Of a DNA stretch of 64,000 nt, positions 27,965-37,314 are shown in pieces; position 1 is the stretch's first letter; every line of letters starts with the position of its first letter. This DNA comes from a virus: the IMG/VR virus record IMGVR_UViG_3300044846_004119, positions 96,001 through 160,000 of that record, one strand, 5' to 3'. The position numbers and the translations under genes are program-made. The notes under the pieces are model-generated. The model had not been told where the DNA came from and did not search any database. It saw nothing but the letters and a program-made list of their open reading frames with translations.

Positions 27965-29731
27965 ATGAAAGAAATTTATTCATATACTTTGACGGATTAC
28001 ACCACGATAAAATTCGAGGGTACTAATGATTTATGTTTTGATAAACATGAGACTGTGAATCCATTGGGGGATGACGAACCATTAAAGAAAAAAGTTACAC
28101 TATCAACCGATGATTGGGATGGAGGGTATTATGGTAAATTTAAACAAGAATCTGTTAGTGAAGACAAAGAGGATTTTATTAAAAACTATGGTAATCCTTT
28201 ATGTACTGTAAGGTTGTACAGAAGAACCATTGTTGTTACTGAGAAGGATAATAAGATTGCTTTAAAAATATTTGAATATAACCGAGTTAGGATTAAGGCG
28301 ACCAAATATTTTAGGTTATCAACAAGAGTTGAATTTCTAACATTTAATCATACAACAAATTCATTATATACGGGTTATATTCTAGACTATCATAAAAAAA
28401 GAAAGTGTCGTAAAAAAATTAGAAGGTGTATTTTTGCTGAAGACCCAATTAATCGTTTTCGTTCTTTAATAAATTCTTTATTTGGTGACTACAATAAAAA
28501 AGTTATTGAACCTAAAATTTGGGGGAGGTCTGATTTAATTAATCATATTATTAATTTGTTTGTTAACTCAATCCCTGGCACTGAAAAATACCCTGAATTA
28601 TCACCTGAGTTAAAATTATATAAACGATACTTAGATTATTCGGGTATTAAATTCTCAAACAATTGGAGTTCGTTTATATTATATAATCCACAACCTAAAA
28701 AGGTTGAGTTGGTTAAGAATGGTATGAAATATATTGATACTATTATTAGTAACGCAGGTCTTAATGGAGATAAACTTAAACGTGTATTACATAAAGTAAA
28801 ACAATGTGATTTTACAACATTATCTTATACTTATGAGGTTTTTGGTAAGAATTTTATAATGTCACAAAATGACGATATCATTAAAAAAATGATTGAAAAC
28901 TCCGTGGTTAACGGTAGTGGCGTACAGGTTAATTTTACTAACAAGGAAAACCAAAACTCGTTCGATATCTTCAAGTTAGTATTAGATGGACAAATAAATT
29001 ATAATACCTTCCATGACCATTTAAACTTTCATAATTTCTTAAATAATTTAGAAACAATTAAGTGGAAGTCTTCTAATTACGAAGACTTTATGGATGAACA
29101 CTTTGAGTGGTCAGAAAAACAAGCGTTCTATACGTCAGGTGACTTTAAAAGATATTATGGTGAGAAGTTTAAGTCAGAAGTTGAAAGACCGTTATTGGGT
29201 GTAAATGTTCATTTTCCTGTTTTATTGACCACTAGTAAAGAATATAATAAAGAATCTTTCATACAGTCTAATTGTGTTAAAACTTATATTAAAAAACCAC
29301 ACTCAGTTATTGTATCTTTAAGAAGAGATAATGTTGATTCTGAATATAGAGTGACTATTGAATACTTTATTAAGTATAGTGGTGGTAAAGTAGTTGAATT
29401 GAAAAGAGTACAATCATTAGGTAAATTTAATTATAACTTTGGGGAAGATTGGTCAATTATTTTAGAAAACCTTGATAGACGAATAGATAACTTGGTTAAA
29501 AAAGAATTGTTTGTTTTACCTGAGATAGAATCTATATTTGGTCACAAAACAATCAAAAGTAAATTAGTTGAAATAGGCCCAAACCAATTTTATGATGTTC
29601 ATAACAGAGGTAGTGAAACTAAATTAGATTGGGATAATGATATGATATATAATGTTGCTTTAAAACAAAGTATATTTGATGATTTTGAACCTAATAATTT
29701 ACTAAATATGATTAATGAATTAGATTTTTAA
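27965..29731 (+). CDS. PcfJ-like domain protein
   Basis: C-terminal L.TS.EY..ES..Q.NCV.TY...RVTIEY...Q..G.FN pattern. Confidence 0.65.
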   Translation: MKEIYSYTLTDYTTIKFEGTNDLCFDKHETVNPLGDDEPLKKKVTLSTDDWDGGYYGKFKQESVSEDKEDFIKNYGNPLCTVRLYRRTIVVTEKDNKIALKIFEYNRVRIKATKYFRLSTRVEFLTFNHTTNSLYTGYILDYHKKRKCRKKIRRCIFAEDPINRFRSLINSLFGDYNKKVIEPKIWGRSDLINHIINLFVNSIPGTEKYPELSPELKLYKRYLDYSGIKFSNNWSSFILYNPQPKKVELVKNGMKYIDTIISNAGLNGDKLKRVLHKVKQCDFTTLSYTYEVFGKNFIMSQNDDIIKKMIENSVVNGSGVQVNFTNKENQNSFDIFKLVLDGQINYNTFHDHLNFHNFLNNLETIKWKSSNYEDFMDEHFEWSEKQAFYTSGDFKRYYGEKFKSEVERPLLGVNVHFPVLLTTSKEYNKESFIQSNCVKTYIKKPHSVIVSLRRDNVDSEYRVTIEYFIKYSGGKVVELKRVQSLGKFNYNFGEDWSIILENLDRRIDNLVKKELFVLPEIESIFGHKTIKSKLVEIGPNQFYDVHNRGSETKLDWDNDMIYNVALKQSIFDDFEPNNLLNMINELDF

Positions 29732-29732
29732 G

Positions 29733-30044
29733 ATGAAAGAAATTCCTTTATTTTGTGTTGAAATGTTTACCAAAAAGTATGGTGTTCATCCTAGTTTTGT
29801 TGAGGTGATGTTACCATATTCAGAATCCGCAATTAAAACGGTAATTAAGAAATCGTATTTACTATGGTACAATGACTTTGTTAATGAGAAAGGTGAAGTG
29901 TTAACTAAAGACACGTTATATGAATACGATTCAACAGGAGTTCTTTTGTATTTTAAAAACGGTACTCATATATTTATATTAACAAAACCCGACAAGAAAA
30001 GTATTGTTGAGTTTTTTATACATAACTTAAAAAAAATAAAATAA
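29733..30044 (+). CDS. Hypothetical protein
   Basis: 103-aa ORF in operon. Confidence 0.55.
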   Translation: MKEIPLFCVEMFTKKYGVHPSFVEVMLPYSESAIKTVIKKSYLLWYNDFVNEKGEVLTKDTLYEYDSTGVLLYFKNGTHIFILTKPDKKSIVEFFIHNLKKIK

Positions 30045-30047
30045 ACT

Positions 30048-30371
30048 ATGGAAATTACACAAGAATTATTACAGGAAAAAATTAACAACGGAGAAAAATT
30101 AGTTGTGGATTTTTGGGCACCTTGGTGTGGCCCTTGTAAAATGATGAAACCTGTTTTTGAAACCGTTGCGGAAAAATATCAAAAAGAAAATTCTGAAGTA
30201 CAATTATATACATTGAATGTTGAAGAGAATAAAGAATTTTCGTCCAAGTTAGGAATTAGAGCAATCCCTACAATAAAATCTTTTGCCAATGGTAAAGAAC
30301 AATTTTCAAGACCAGGATTACAAATGGAGTCTCAAATAAATGATATTGCAAAAAATTTATTAAATGGATAA
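30048..30371 (+). CDS. trxA: Thioredoxin
   Basis: VVDFWAPWCGPCK, GIRAIPT. Confidence 0.92.
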   Translation: MEITQELLQEKINNGEKLVVDFWAPWCGPCKMMKPVFETVAEKYQKENSEVQLYTLNVEENKEFSSKLGIRAIPTIKSFANGKEQFSRPGLQMESQINDIAKNLLNG

Positions 30372-30648
30372 AGTATTAATTCTTTTCACAATGGAGGGTT
30401 GTCCTTTTTGTGATATAATGAAAGAACAATTAAATGAGATTGATATCGATTATGTGGTTAGGGATATTAACGAATATGAGGAAGAATATGACATGTTTGT
30501 TGAGATTACCGAAAATGACTTTGTACCGGCATTTATGATTATTGAATCACCTGATGAAAATCCTAAGACCATGTTATTTGCTCCTGATAGAGATTTCAAT
30601 GAAATTGAAGACGGGGTTAAAATAATTAAAGAACATTTTAATTTATAA
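30364..30648 (+). CDS. Glutaredoxin-like protein
   Basis: FTMEGCPFC and VPAF (cis-Pro) motifs. Confidence 0.75.
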   Translation: MDKVLILFTMEGCPFCDIMKEQLNEIDIDYVVRDINEYEEEYDMFVEITENDFVPAFMIIESPDENPKTMLFAPDRDFNEIEDGVKIIKEHFNL

Positions 30649-30670
30649 AAATCCTTCACTGGATTTTTTT
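30648..30670 (+). terminator. Intrinsic terminator
   Basis: AAAATCC/GGATTTT stem plus T run. Confidence 0.55.
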
Positions 30671-30683
30671 ATGTATTTACGAT

Positions 30684-31208
30684 ATGAATTTGACTTTTAA
30701 AAAAAATGGTGTCACTCATCATCCTGCAAGAACTTGGGAATTAACTGACGGTAATTACATTAATATTTATCAGGGTAGTCGTGGACACAATCCAGAGTTA
30801 GATTTTATTGTTAAATATAAAACTGAAAAATCTAGATTAAGAGCACCATCACATACTCATTGGATTGTTGATTTACTTTTAAAATGTGAACATAATCCAA
30901 ATGGAGTTAATTCTTATGTAACTGAATGGTTAGAGATATACGATGTTGCCTCAGCATTCAACTCTATTGAGGAACGTAATAATTATTGTTTAATGTATAA
31001 CGATTATTTTACCGAAAAATATGATTTATTACAAAATTTAGGTGTTTTTTCAGTTGAATTTTTATCCGCAATGATTGAATTGTTTATTAAGTGTGAAAAA
31101 CAAACGCCCAATGCCTTCATGTTTAAAACCCTTTTAGTTTTAATTAAAGATTATTGTGAGGGTAAAAAAGACTTCTACCAAGTAGTGTCCTATTCTAAAC
31201 GAGTTTAA
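30684..31208 (+). CDS. Hypothetical protein
   Basis: 174-aa ORF with RLRAPSHTHWIVDLLLK, TATTTAC 3 nt upstream. Confidence 0.65.
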   Translation: MNLTFKKNGVTHHPARTWELTDGNYINIYQGSRGHNPELDFIVKYKTEKSRLRAPSHTHWIVDLLLKCEHNPNGVNSYVTEWLEIYDVASAFNSIEERNNYCLMYNDYFTEKYDLLQNLGVFSVEFLSAMIELFIKCEKQTPNAFMFKTLLVLIKDYCEGKKDFYQVVSYSKRV

Positions 31209-32026
31209 AAAATAATTAAATCTTTTGTTCTATCATGGATTAACCATGGTTTATCACTAATAGGATTATTTAAATCCTCAGAAACATCGTAGTTTAATAT
31301 GGTAGTTTGAAATTTATTTAAATTAAAATCAAATACATCCAATACCATAGATTTAATTGTTTCTTCCTGATAAATCGAATCTGAAATTATTCTTATATTA
31401 AAATCGTAATCTTGGTTTTTAAGCGTTGATATTTTGAATAATATCTTATTTGAATTAATTACTTTGAATAACTGATTACAAATATATTCTGAATAATAAA
31501 AATATAATCTACCCATACTTAAACTATGTCCGTATGGGAATTCTGATGAAATATTAAGAGGTGAATAAGAGAAGTAACTTAATTTTGTTGTATCTTCATG
31601 ACCAAAATCTAACTCAACCATGAACCCTTTATGGTCCGATACTGAATTATATTTAACAGTATTATCTGATTGAACAAAGTCAATCATTTTTTGGTTAAAT
31701 GACGGTCTTTCAGTATTATAGAAGGTGAACCAATATTCTTCCTTCTTAACTAATTCATTATTGTATAAGATTAGGTCGACAACATTTATATTATCATAAC
31801 CGTACTTGTTCAACAAGGATTCGTTTTCTTTATAAAACCTTTCTTTAACGTCAGACATGTCTAATATCTTAGAAGAGTTTGTCATACCGTTTATTACAAA
31901 GAATTTACCACAATCAGTTATCTCAACTACCGTATCGTATTTTGTATCTTTGTTTATCTCTTTTAAAACAAAATCGGCAAAACTGTTTACGATTCCTTTA
32001 TTTGAATATTTATTGATGTAGTTCAT
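31205..32026 (-). CDS. Degenerate S-adenosylmethionine synthetase-like protein
   Basis: N-terminus aligns by eye with MetK (ADFVLKEINKDTK..VVE....FFVING...S..LD), but the GHPD motif and C-terminal domain are absent, 273 aa. Confidence 0.45.
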   Translation of the reverse strand: MNYINKYSNKGIVNSFADFVLKEINKDTKYDTVVEITDCGKFFVINGMTNSSKILDMSDVKERFYKENESLLNKYGYDNINVVDLILYNNELVKKEEYWFTFYNTERPSFNQKMIDFVQSDNTVKYNSVSDHKGFMVELDFGHEDTTKLSYFSYSPLNISSEFPYGHSLSMGRLYFYYSEYICNQLFKVINSNKILFKISTLKNQDYDFNIRIISDSIYQEETIKSMVLDVFDFNLNKFQTTILNYDVSEDLNNPISDKPWLIHDRTKDLIIF

Positions 32027-32076
32027 TTTTAATAATTATACCAATTAATAGTAAAAATAATTTAGATTATAAATAG

Positions 32077-32103
32077 AAAAAGAGGTGTTTATCACCCCTT
32101 TTT
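32077..32103. terminator. Possible bidirectional terminator
   Basis: AAAAAGAGGTG/CACCCCTTTTT stem with one mismatch, A and T runs on either side. Confidence 0.45.
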
Positions 32104-32125
32104 AATAACAGAAATAAGAAATATA

Positions 32126-32299
32126 TTACTTCTTATTGTAGTACTTCTCAACAACTTTCTTAATTGACTCTTGAATAGAAGAGTTATTAGTAGTTTGCCC
32201 TTGAACCTGAGCCAAAGTTTGATTTTGACTACTTTGTTGAGGGGTCGAAACTGTTTGAGGTTGAGTTTGATTTCCTTTATTTTTGCAACCGCAGCCCAT
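32126..32299 (-). CDS. 57-aa small protein MGCGCK...Q/T-rich...KKVVEKYYNKK, missed by the ORF track
   Basis: Clean ATG-TAA ORF, TATTTAT at 32333-32339 upstream on the minus strand. Confidence 0.65.
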   Translation of the reverse strand: MGCGCKNKGNQTQPQTVSTPQQSSQNQTLAQVQGQTTNNSSIQESIKKVVEKYYNKK

Positions 32300-32406
32300 G
32301 GTAATAATATTTAGATTTGTTTATTCTTATTTATAAATATCACCAATTAATATTTAATGTCAAGAAAATCAAGTTAAATTTATTTTATTTTCAAGTATTT
32401 ATAGAC

Positions 32407-33771
32407 ATGGCAAATAAAGTGAGACTTACTGAACAGGGGTTACAACAACTAATTAAAAGAATTGTTGAGGAAGTTGATGGTGAATATTATAAAATATCAC
32501 CAGAAGAATATTTAGAACTATTAAAGTTATCGGGGTATCACGGACAAGGAATTAGCAGATTACCAAAGTTTCAAGGAAAACCTTTGTGGATAACCGGTGA
32601 TTTAAAAATAAGTAACACATCAACAGATTCTTTAGGGAATGTTGGTTATGTTGATGGTAGTTTAGATATATCAAACACTAAGATAAGTGACATATCAAAA
32701 ATTAATGTTAAAAACCATGTATGGGATGGCGGGACTCCAGTTCAACGAAAAAGATTGGCGGCCGAATTACAAAAAAAGAAAAATGAAATGGATGTTCTTC
32801 GCGATAACGATGAATGGAACATTAATAATACAGATGATGTAGGTTTAAAGGCTAATGCCTTATTTAAATATTTAGTTTCTGTCGGTTTAGATGTATTAGA
32901 CGAAGAGGGTCAAGAAAAATTATCTAACTTAAAAATTGAGTTAGATAAACTACAAGACAAATATAACAACGTTGAAGAACCTGAATTAGTTTCTGGTTTA
33001 TATGATGAAATTAGTGATTTAGAGGGTGATATTGAAGGTTTAGAGAATGAAAATAATGATGTTTATATCATTTCCCCAAATCGTTATAGTACCTATGGGT
33101 TACAAAGTTTTGAAGTCTTAAGCCCTGAGTTTACAGACATGGTTTATAGTGTTGGGACCTCTGATGAGATGGATGACGCGGCGTTAATATACGCTAAAAA
33201 TTATATTGATGAGGTTGGACTTGATGGGTTTAATCGGGGTTTTATTGATGAATACATTGATATTAATTATCTTAGAAGTTACTTTAGTGATTGGTTTGAA
33301 GATGATATACGACAAAATTCTGAAGTTTATTTTAGTGAAGATGATTTTAAATTAACTCAAAAACAAGAAGAAGAAAAAACTAAATTAGAACAAGAGATTG
33401 AAGAATATGAAGAAAGACAAAGTAATTTAGATTTTGACACTGAAGCTCCTGAGGAATTTCATAGAATGTATGACCAAATACAAGACCACATCGATACCTT
33501 ACAAGAAGAATTAGATAATATAACACCTGATGATGAACCTACCGAGGAAATGATAGAAGAACTTCTTGAAAGTAGGTTAAATGATGTTGAAGACAGTCCT
33601 ATATATTATATTAAAGAATATGGTGCTGACATTAGAAATTTTATTGACGAAGACGCTTTAGCTAAAGGACTTGTTGATAGCGACGGATGGGGTGTTATGA
33701 ACGGGTATGATGGAGATTATGAGGAAGTAACCGTAAATGGGCAAGATTTTTATATTATGAGAGTCGAGTAA
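32407..33771 (+). CDS. Acidic protein with shared N-terminal tag, short LRR-like repeats and an ArdA-like C-terminal motif
   Basis: MANKVRLTEQGLQQLIKRIVEE, GDLKISNT/GSLDISNT repeats, very D/E-rich. ATG 4 nt after TATTTAT (track start 32317). Confidence 0.65.
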   Translation: MANKVRLTEQGLQQLIKRIVEEVDGEYYKISPEEYLELLKLSGYHGQGISRLPKFQGKPLWITGDLKISNTSTDSLGNVGYVDGSLDISNTKISDISKINVKNHVWDGGTPVQRKRLAAELQKKKNEMDVLRDNDEWNINNTDDVGLKANALFKYLVSVGLDVLDEEGQEKLSNLKIELDKLQDKYNNVEEPELVSGLYDEISDLEGDIEGLENENNDVYIISPNRYSTYGLQSFEVLSPEFTDMVYSVGTSDEMDDAALIYAKNYIDEVGLDGFNRGFIDEYIDINYLRSYFSDWFEDDIRQNSEVYFSEDDFKLTQKQEEEKTKLEQEIEEYEERQSNLDFDTEAPEEFHRMYDQIQDHIDTLQEELDNITPDDEPTEEMIEELLESRLNDVEDSPIYYIKEYGADIRNFIDEDALAKGLVDSDGWGVMNGYDGDYEEVTVNGQDFYIMRVE

Positions 33772-33813
33772 AAGTATTCATTTATTTATAAAATTTTTGT
33801 ATATTTTTAATAA

Positions 33814-34590
33814 ATGGAAAAGAAAGGGAGACATAAAAAAGTTGAGTTTATAATGGATACTGATTGGTTATTTCAAGGTATCTTAGATGCTGAACAAAAA
33901 CAATACGTTTTATTAGACTATTTCCAAAAATTAAATAAACATTTGGAATTAATGGAGGTCTATCCAATGTTTATTGAACTATCACTACATTTAGGGAATA
34001 TTCAAACCTTACTTAATAAAAACCAAATTTTATATACTGATAAAAAATTTTTAACTAATGATGATGAGTTAGTATTATCGGATTTAAAAGTTAAAGACAT
34101 TCCTGTTCTTGCGGACGAAGAAATTGACGAGTACCATCAGATTTTAAAAAATACACAACCACAATTATTTTACTACTTTAATTTTGCAAAATCAATTTGG
34201 AGTATGGTGTATGATTCTGTCGATATTGTTGTAAAAAAAAATAAAAATAATTTTAAAAGTAATTCAGGGTTTTTTTATTTTAAATCTAAAAATATTGTTT
34301 ATGTATGGCAATATACCACCAAAAAAGTTTATAGGGTTAAGAATCAAAGTAAAACAACTACAAAATTAGTTTACGAAGGACCACAAAATAATTTGACAAT
34401 GTTAGAAATTATTTCTAAATTTTCTAAAACATATGAAAAGAACGAGGAAGTTAATAATCCTGTTTTTGAAATGTTTTGTAAAGATATATTTCCGCTTGAG
34501 GAAACGTTAATTCCAATCTTTAAAAGAAAAGTGTTAACATATATTAGTCAAAGTGGTGGTAGTAAAAAAACGGTTAAATATATAGAATAA
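33814..34590 (+). CDS. Hypothetical protein
   Basis: 258-aa ORF, TDWLFQG.LDAEQKQYVLLDY. Confidence 0.65.
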   Translation: MEKKGRHKKVEFIMDTDWLFQGILDAEQKQYVLLDYFQKLNKHLELMEVYPMFIELSLHLGNIQTLLNKNQILYTDKKFLTNDDELVLSDLKVKDIPVLADEEIDEYHQILKNTQPQLFYYFNFAKSIWSMVYDSVDIVVKKNKNNFKSNSGFFYFKSKNIVYVWQYTTKKVYRVKNQSKTTTKLVYEGPQNNLTMLEIISKFSKTYEKNEEVNNPVFEMFCKDIFPLEETLIPIFKRKVLTYISQSGGSKKTVKYIE

Positions 34591-34796
34591 TGGGGCTCAA
34601 AAGTAGATTTATTGATATTGATAGCATCAATCATTACTTAAAAGGTAATGAAAAATTAGATATGTTATTTAAGGCGGATTCTTTTATTTTTATGGATGAA
34701 ACTGCGTCTAAAGTTTACGAGTGGTATATTAAAAAGTTAACTGATGAAGAAATAAAATTAAAAATCAGTGAGTATTATATAAATAAAATAAAGTAA
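34590..34796 (+). CDS. Hypothetical protein
   Basis: 68-aa coupled ORF. Confidence 0.5.
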   Translation: MGLKSRFIDIDSINHYLKGNEKLDMLFKADSFIFMDETASKVYEWYIKKLTDEEIKLKISEYYINKIK

Positions 34797-34801
34797 AAAA
34801 G

Positions 34802-35995
34802 ATGATAAAAATTGAATATGTATGGTTAGATGGATATGCACCAGAACCTAATTTAAGAAGTAAGATAAAAGTAATTGAAGGTGTGATTACTGATTTAACA
34901 AAAGTACCTGAATGGAACTTTGATGGTTCGTCAACAAAACAAGCCGAAGGATATAGTTCTGATTGTATATTAAAACCCGTTCGAATATATCGTGAGAATG
35001 ATTGTTATAATAAAGTGTATGTGTTTTGTGAGGTAATGAATCCTGACGGAACACCACATGAATCAAACCATAGAACCATGTTAGGTGACGAGGTTAATGA
35101 TATGTGGTTTGGGTTTGAACAAGAATATTTTATTCAAGAGGGTATTGGGAAATCAATATTAGGATTTAATCGAGGTCATATTGAAGGACAAGGTAAATAC
35201 TATTGTGGTGTCGGTAGTAATGTTGTTGGACGACAATTAGTTGAAGAACATATGGATTTATGTTTAAATATGGGGATTGAAATTACCGGAGTTAATGCTG
35301 AAGTTGCTTTGGGACAATGGGAATATCAAGTGTTTGCTAAAGGTAAAATTAAAGCTGGTGATGATTTATGGATGTCAAGATATTTGATGGAGAAATTATC
35401 TGAAAAATACGGATATCATATTAACTACCACCCAAAACCTATTACTGCGGGTGATTGGAATGGTTCGGGTTTACATACAAACTTTTCAACAAAAAAGATG
35501 AGAGAAGTTGGGGGTGAAGGTTATTTCAAAACACTATTCAATGCGCTTGAGTCAAGAAAAGAACAACATATTGAAGTTTACGGTTCAGATAATAATCTTA
35601 GATTAACTGGTAAACATGAGACACAATCAATCCATAAATTTAGTTGGGGGGTAAGTGACAGAGGAGCTTCAATTAGAGTTCCAAGGTTAGTTGCAGAATT
35701 ATGGAAAGGGTATCTTGAAGATAGACGGCCAGCATCCAATGCAAACCCATACGAGGTTATCAAAGCAATTAGTGATACTATTGATATGGCTGACGAATTA
35801 TCGGTTACATTAAGTAATATGTTTTCAAATGTTAATACTAAAAACTTTGATGATTTAAAATCTAAATACAATGGAATACCAACCGCAGAAGAACTTTTGG
35901 AGGAGTATAAAAATGATGATGATTATGAGTTATCTGAAAAAATGATGGAGTCTAAAGCAAATGTTAAACCAGAGTTTATTAATAACAAAAACTAA
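34802..35995 (+). CDS. glnII: Glutamine synthetase, type II
   Basis: IEYVWLDG..NLRSK, WNFDGSST.QA, GFEQEY, NAEVALGQWEYQ, DWNGSGLHTNFS, LTGKHET, RGASIRVP, EDRRPASN. Confidence 0.92.
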   Translation: MIKIEYVWLDGYAPEPNLRSKIKVIEGVITDLTKVPEWNFDGSSTKQAEGYSSDCILKPVRIYRENDCYNKVYVFCEVMNPDGTPHESNHRTMLGDEVNDMWFGFEQEYFIQEGIGKSILGFNRGHIEGQGKYYCGVGSNVVGRQLVEEHMDLCLNMGIEITGVNAEVALGQWEYQVFAKGKIKAGDDLWMSRYLMEKLSEKYGYHINYHPKPITAGDWNGSGLHTNFSTKKMREVGGEGYFKTLFNALESRKEQHIEVYGSDNNLRLTGKHETQSIHKFSWGVSDRGASIRVPRLVAELWKGYLEDRRPASNANPYEVIKAISDTIDMADELSVTLSNMFSNVNTKNFDDLKSKYNGIPTAEELLEEYKNDDDYELSEKMMESKANVKPEFINNKN

Positions 35996-36003
35996 TAATA
36001 TAA

Positions 36004-36303
36004 ATGAAAGATAATTGTGTGTGTAACCCAATAAATGGGGGAGATGGTAATTGCCAGTGTGTAAATTCATCTAATGTTAACATAGAAAAAGAAATGGTAA
36101 ATCATCCTGACCATTACCAATTTGGTAAAAATAATGAATACGAAGCAATAAAAGTTATTGACGCTTGGGATTTAGGGTTTAGTTTAGGAAATGCAATAAA
36201 ATATATTAGTCGTGCAGGAAAAAAAAGAAAAGATACAGAACTTGAAGACCTCAGAAAAGGACTTTGGTACCTCCAACACCATATCGAAAACATCGAAAAA
36301 TAA
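36004..36303 (+). CDS. DUF3310-family phage protein
   Basis: VNHPDHY, EAI.VI, GFSLGNAIKYISRAGKK, EDL.K..WYL. Confidence 0.8.
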   Translation: MKDNCVCNPINGGDGNCQCVNSSNVNIEKEMVNHPDHYQFGKNNEYEAIKVIDAWDLGFSLGNAIKYISRAGKKRKDTELEDLRKGLWYLQHHIENIEK

Positions 36304-36607
36304 AACAGGACTTAGTAAAGAAATTTCAGTTTTAGATGCAATTACAACACCAAGTGAATTACTACGAGAAACTTTTATTAATTTTATGTGGGGATTTTTA
36401 GGTAATTCTATTGTTGTGTTTGTCGCAAAAGAATTGGACTTTTTAGTTTTAATAAATTATATTTTGTATTACGTTTTAATTTCGTATATTGTCAACAGAA
36501 AAAAATATGATACAATTTTAGGTAAGTTTATAGTTCTCCCTGGTTCGGCCGCGGGAGGAGCATTTGCGGGATATAAATTAGCTCAAATAATTACAGAAAT
36601 GGTTTAA
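36212..36607 (+). CDS. Three-TM membrane protein, start uncertain
   Basis: Hydrophobic C-terminal two-thirds, 5' part overlaps the DUF3310 gene. Confidence 0.55.
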   Translation: MQEKKEKIQNLKTSEKDFGTSNTISKTSKNKTGLSKEISVLDAITTPSELLRETFINFMWGFLGNSIVVFVAKELDFLVLINYILYYVLISYIVNRKKYDTILGKFIVLPGSAAGGAFAGYKLAQIITEMV

Positions 36608-36778
36608 TTAAAAAAAGATAAGATATGATAGGTAGTTTAGTGTATGTAAGTTTGTTATTGAATGTAGTATTAATTTTAAAATTGATACGCAAATGATGAT
36701 AGTAATGGGAATTTTAATTGTTGTTGCGATAGTGTTAACAACTGTGTTAGTGATGGACATTTTAATTGATATAATAAT

Positions 36779-37309
36779 ATGAAATACTACAAAATAATTT
36801 TGGCCGGTAAAGGAGCTGAACTTTACCCATTTCAATTAAACACAAAACAATACGAAACTTTTCGTGATAACGGGGTAGAACAAGATGAGATGGAATGCGA
36901 TGATATATGTGAAATATTAGAAGTTGAAAGTTTCCTTGATTCGACAAACGAATCTATTATGGGGCCTTTTGCGGATTCATTTATTTTAAGAGTTGAAGAT
37001 GAGTATGGAAAAGTTGTTTATGAAACAGAAGTTTTGGATATAAAAAAAATTGATTACGAAGAAAAATATTGTAGTAATAAAGCTTTTTTAATTGTTGAAA
37101 ATTATTGTAAAGGTGAACAAGTAATTTATGATATACCACTTGAAGAAGATTTTGATATTGATAAATTAAGATTAAAAGTCTATGATGTTGGTTGTAGAGT
37201 CGAAGTAGTAAACGAAATTATATATGATGAAAAATCATATGAAATTTATAAATCATATGGTGATACAACTAGTAAAGGATTTAATTATCATTTAACCGCA
37301 GGAATTTAA
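36779..37309 (+). CDS. Hypothetical acidic protein
   Basis: 176-aa ORF. Confidence 0.6.
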   Translation: MKYYKIILAGKGAELYPFQLNTKQYETFRDNGVEQDEMECDDICEILEVESFLDSTNESIMGPFADSFILRVEDEYGKVVYETEVLDIKKIDYEEKYCSNKAFLIVENYCKGEQVIYDIPLEEDFDIDKLRLKVYDVGCRVEVVNEIIYDEKSYEIYKSYGDTTSKGFNYHLTAGI

Positions 37310-37314
37310 AAATT

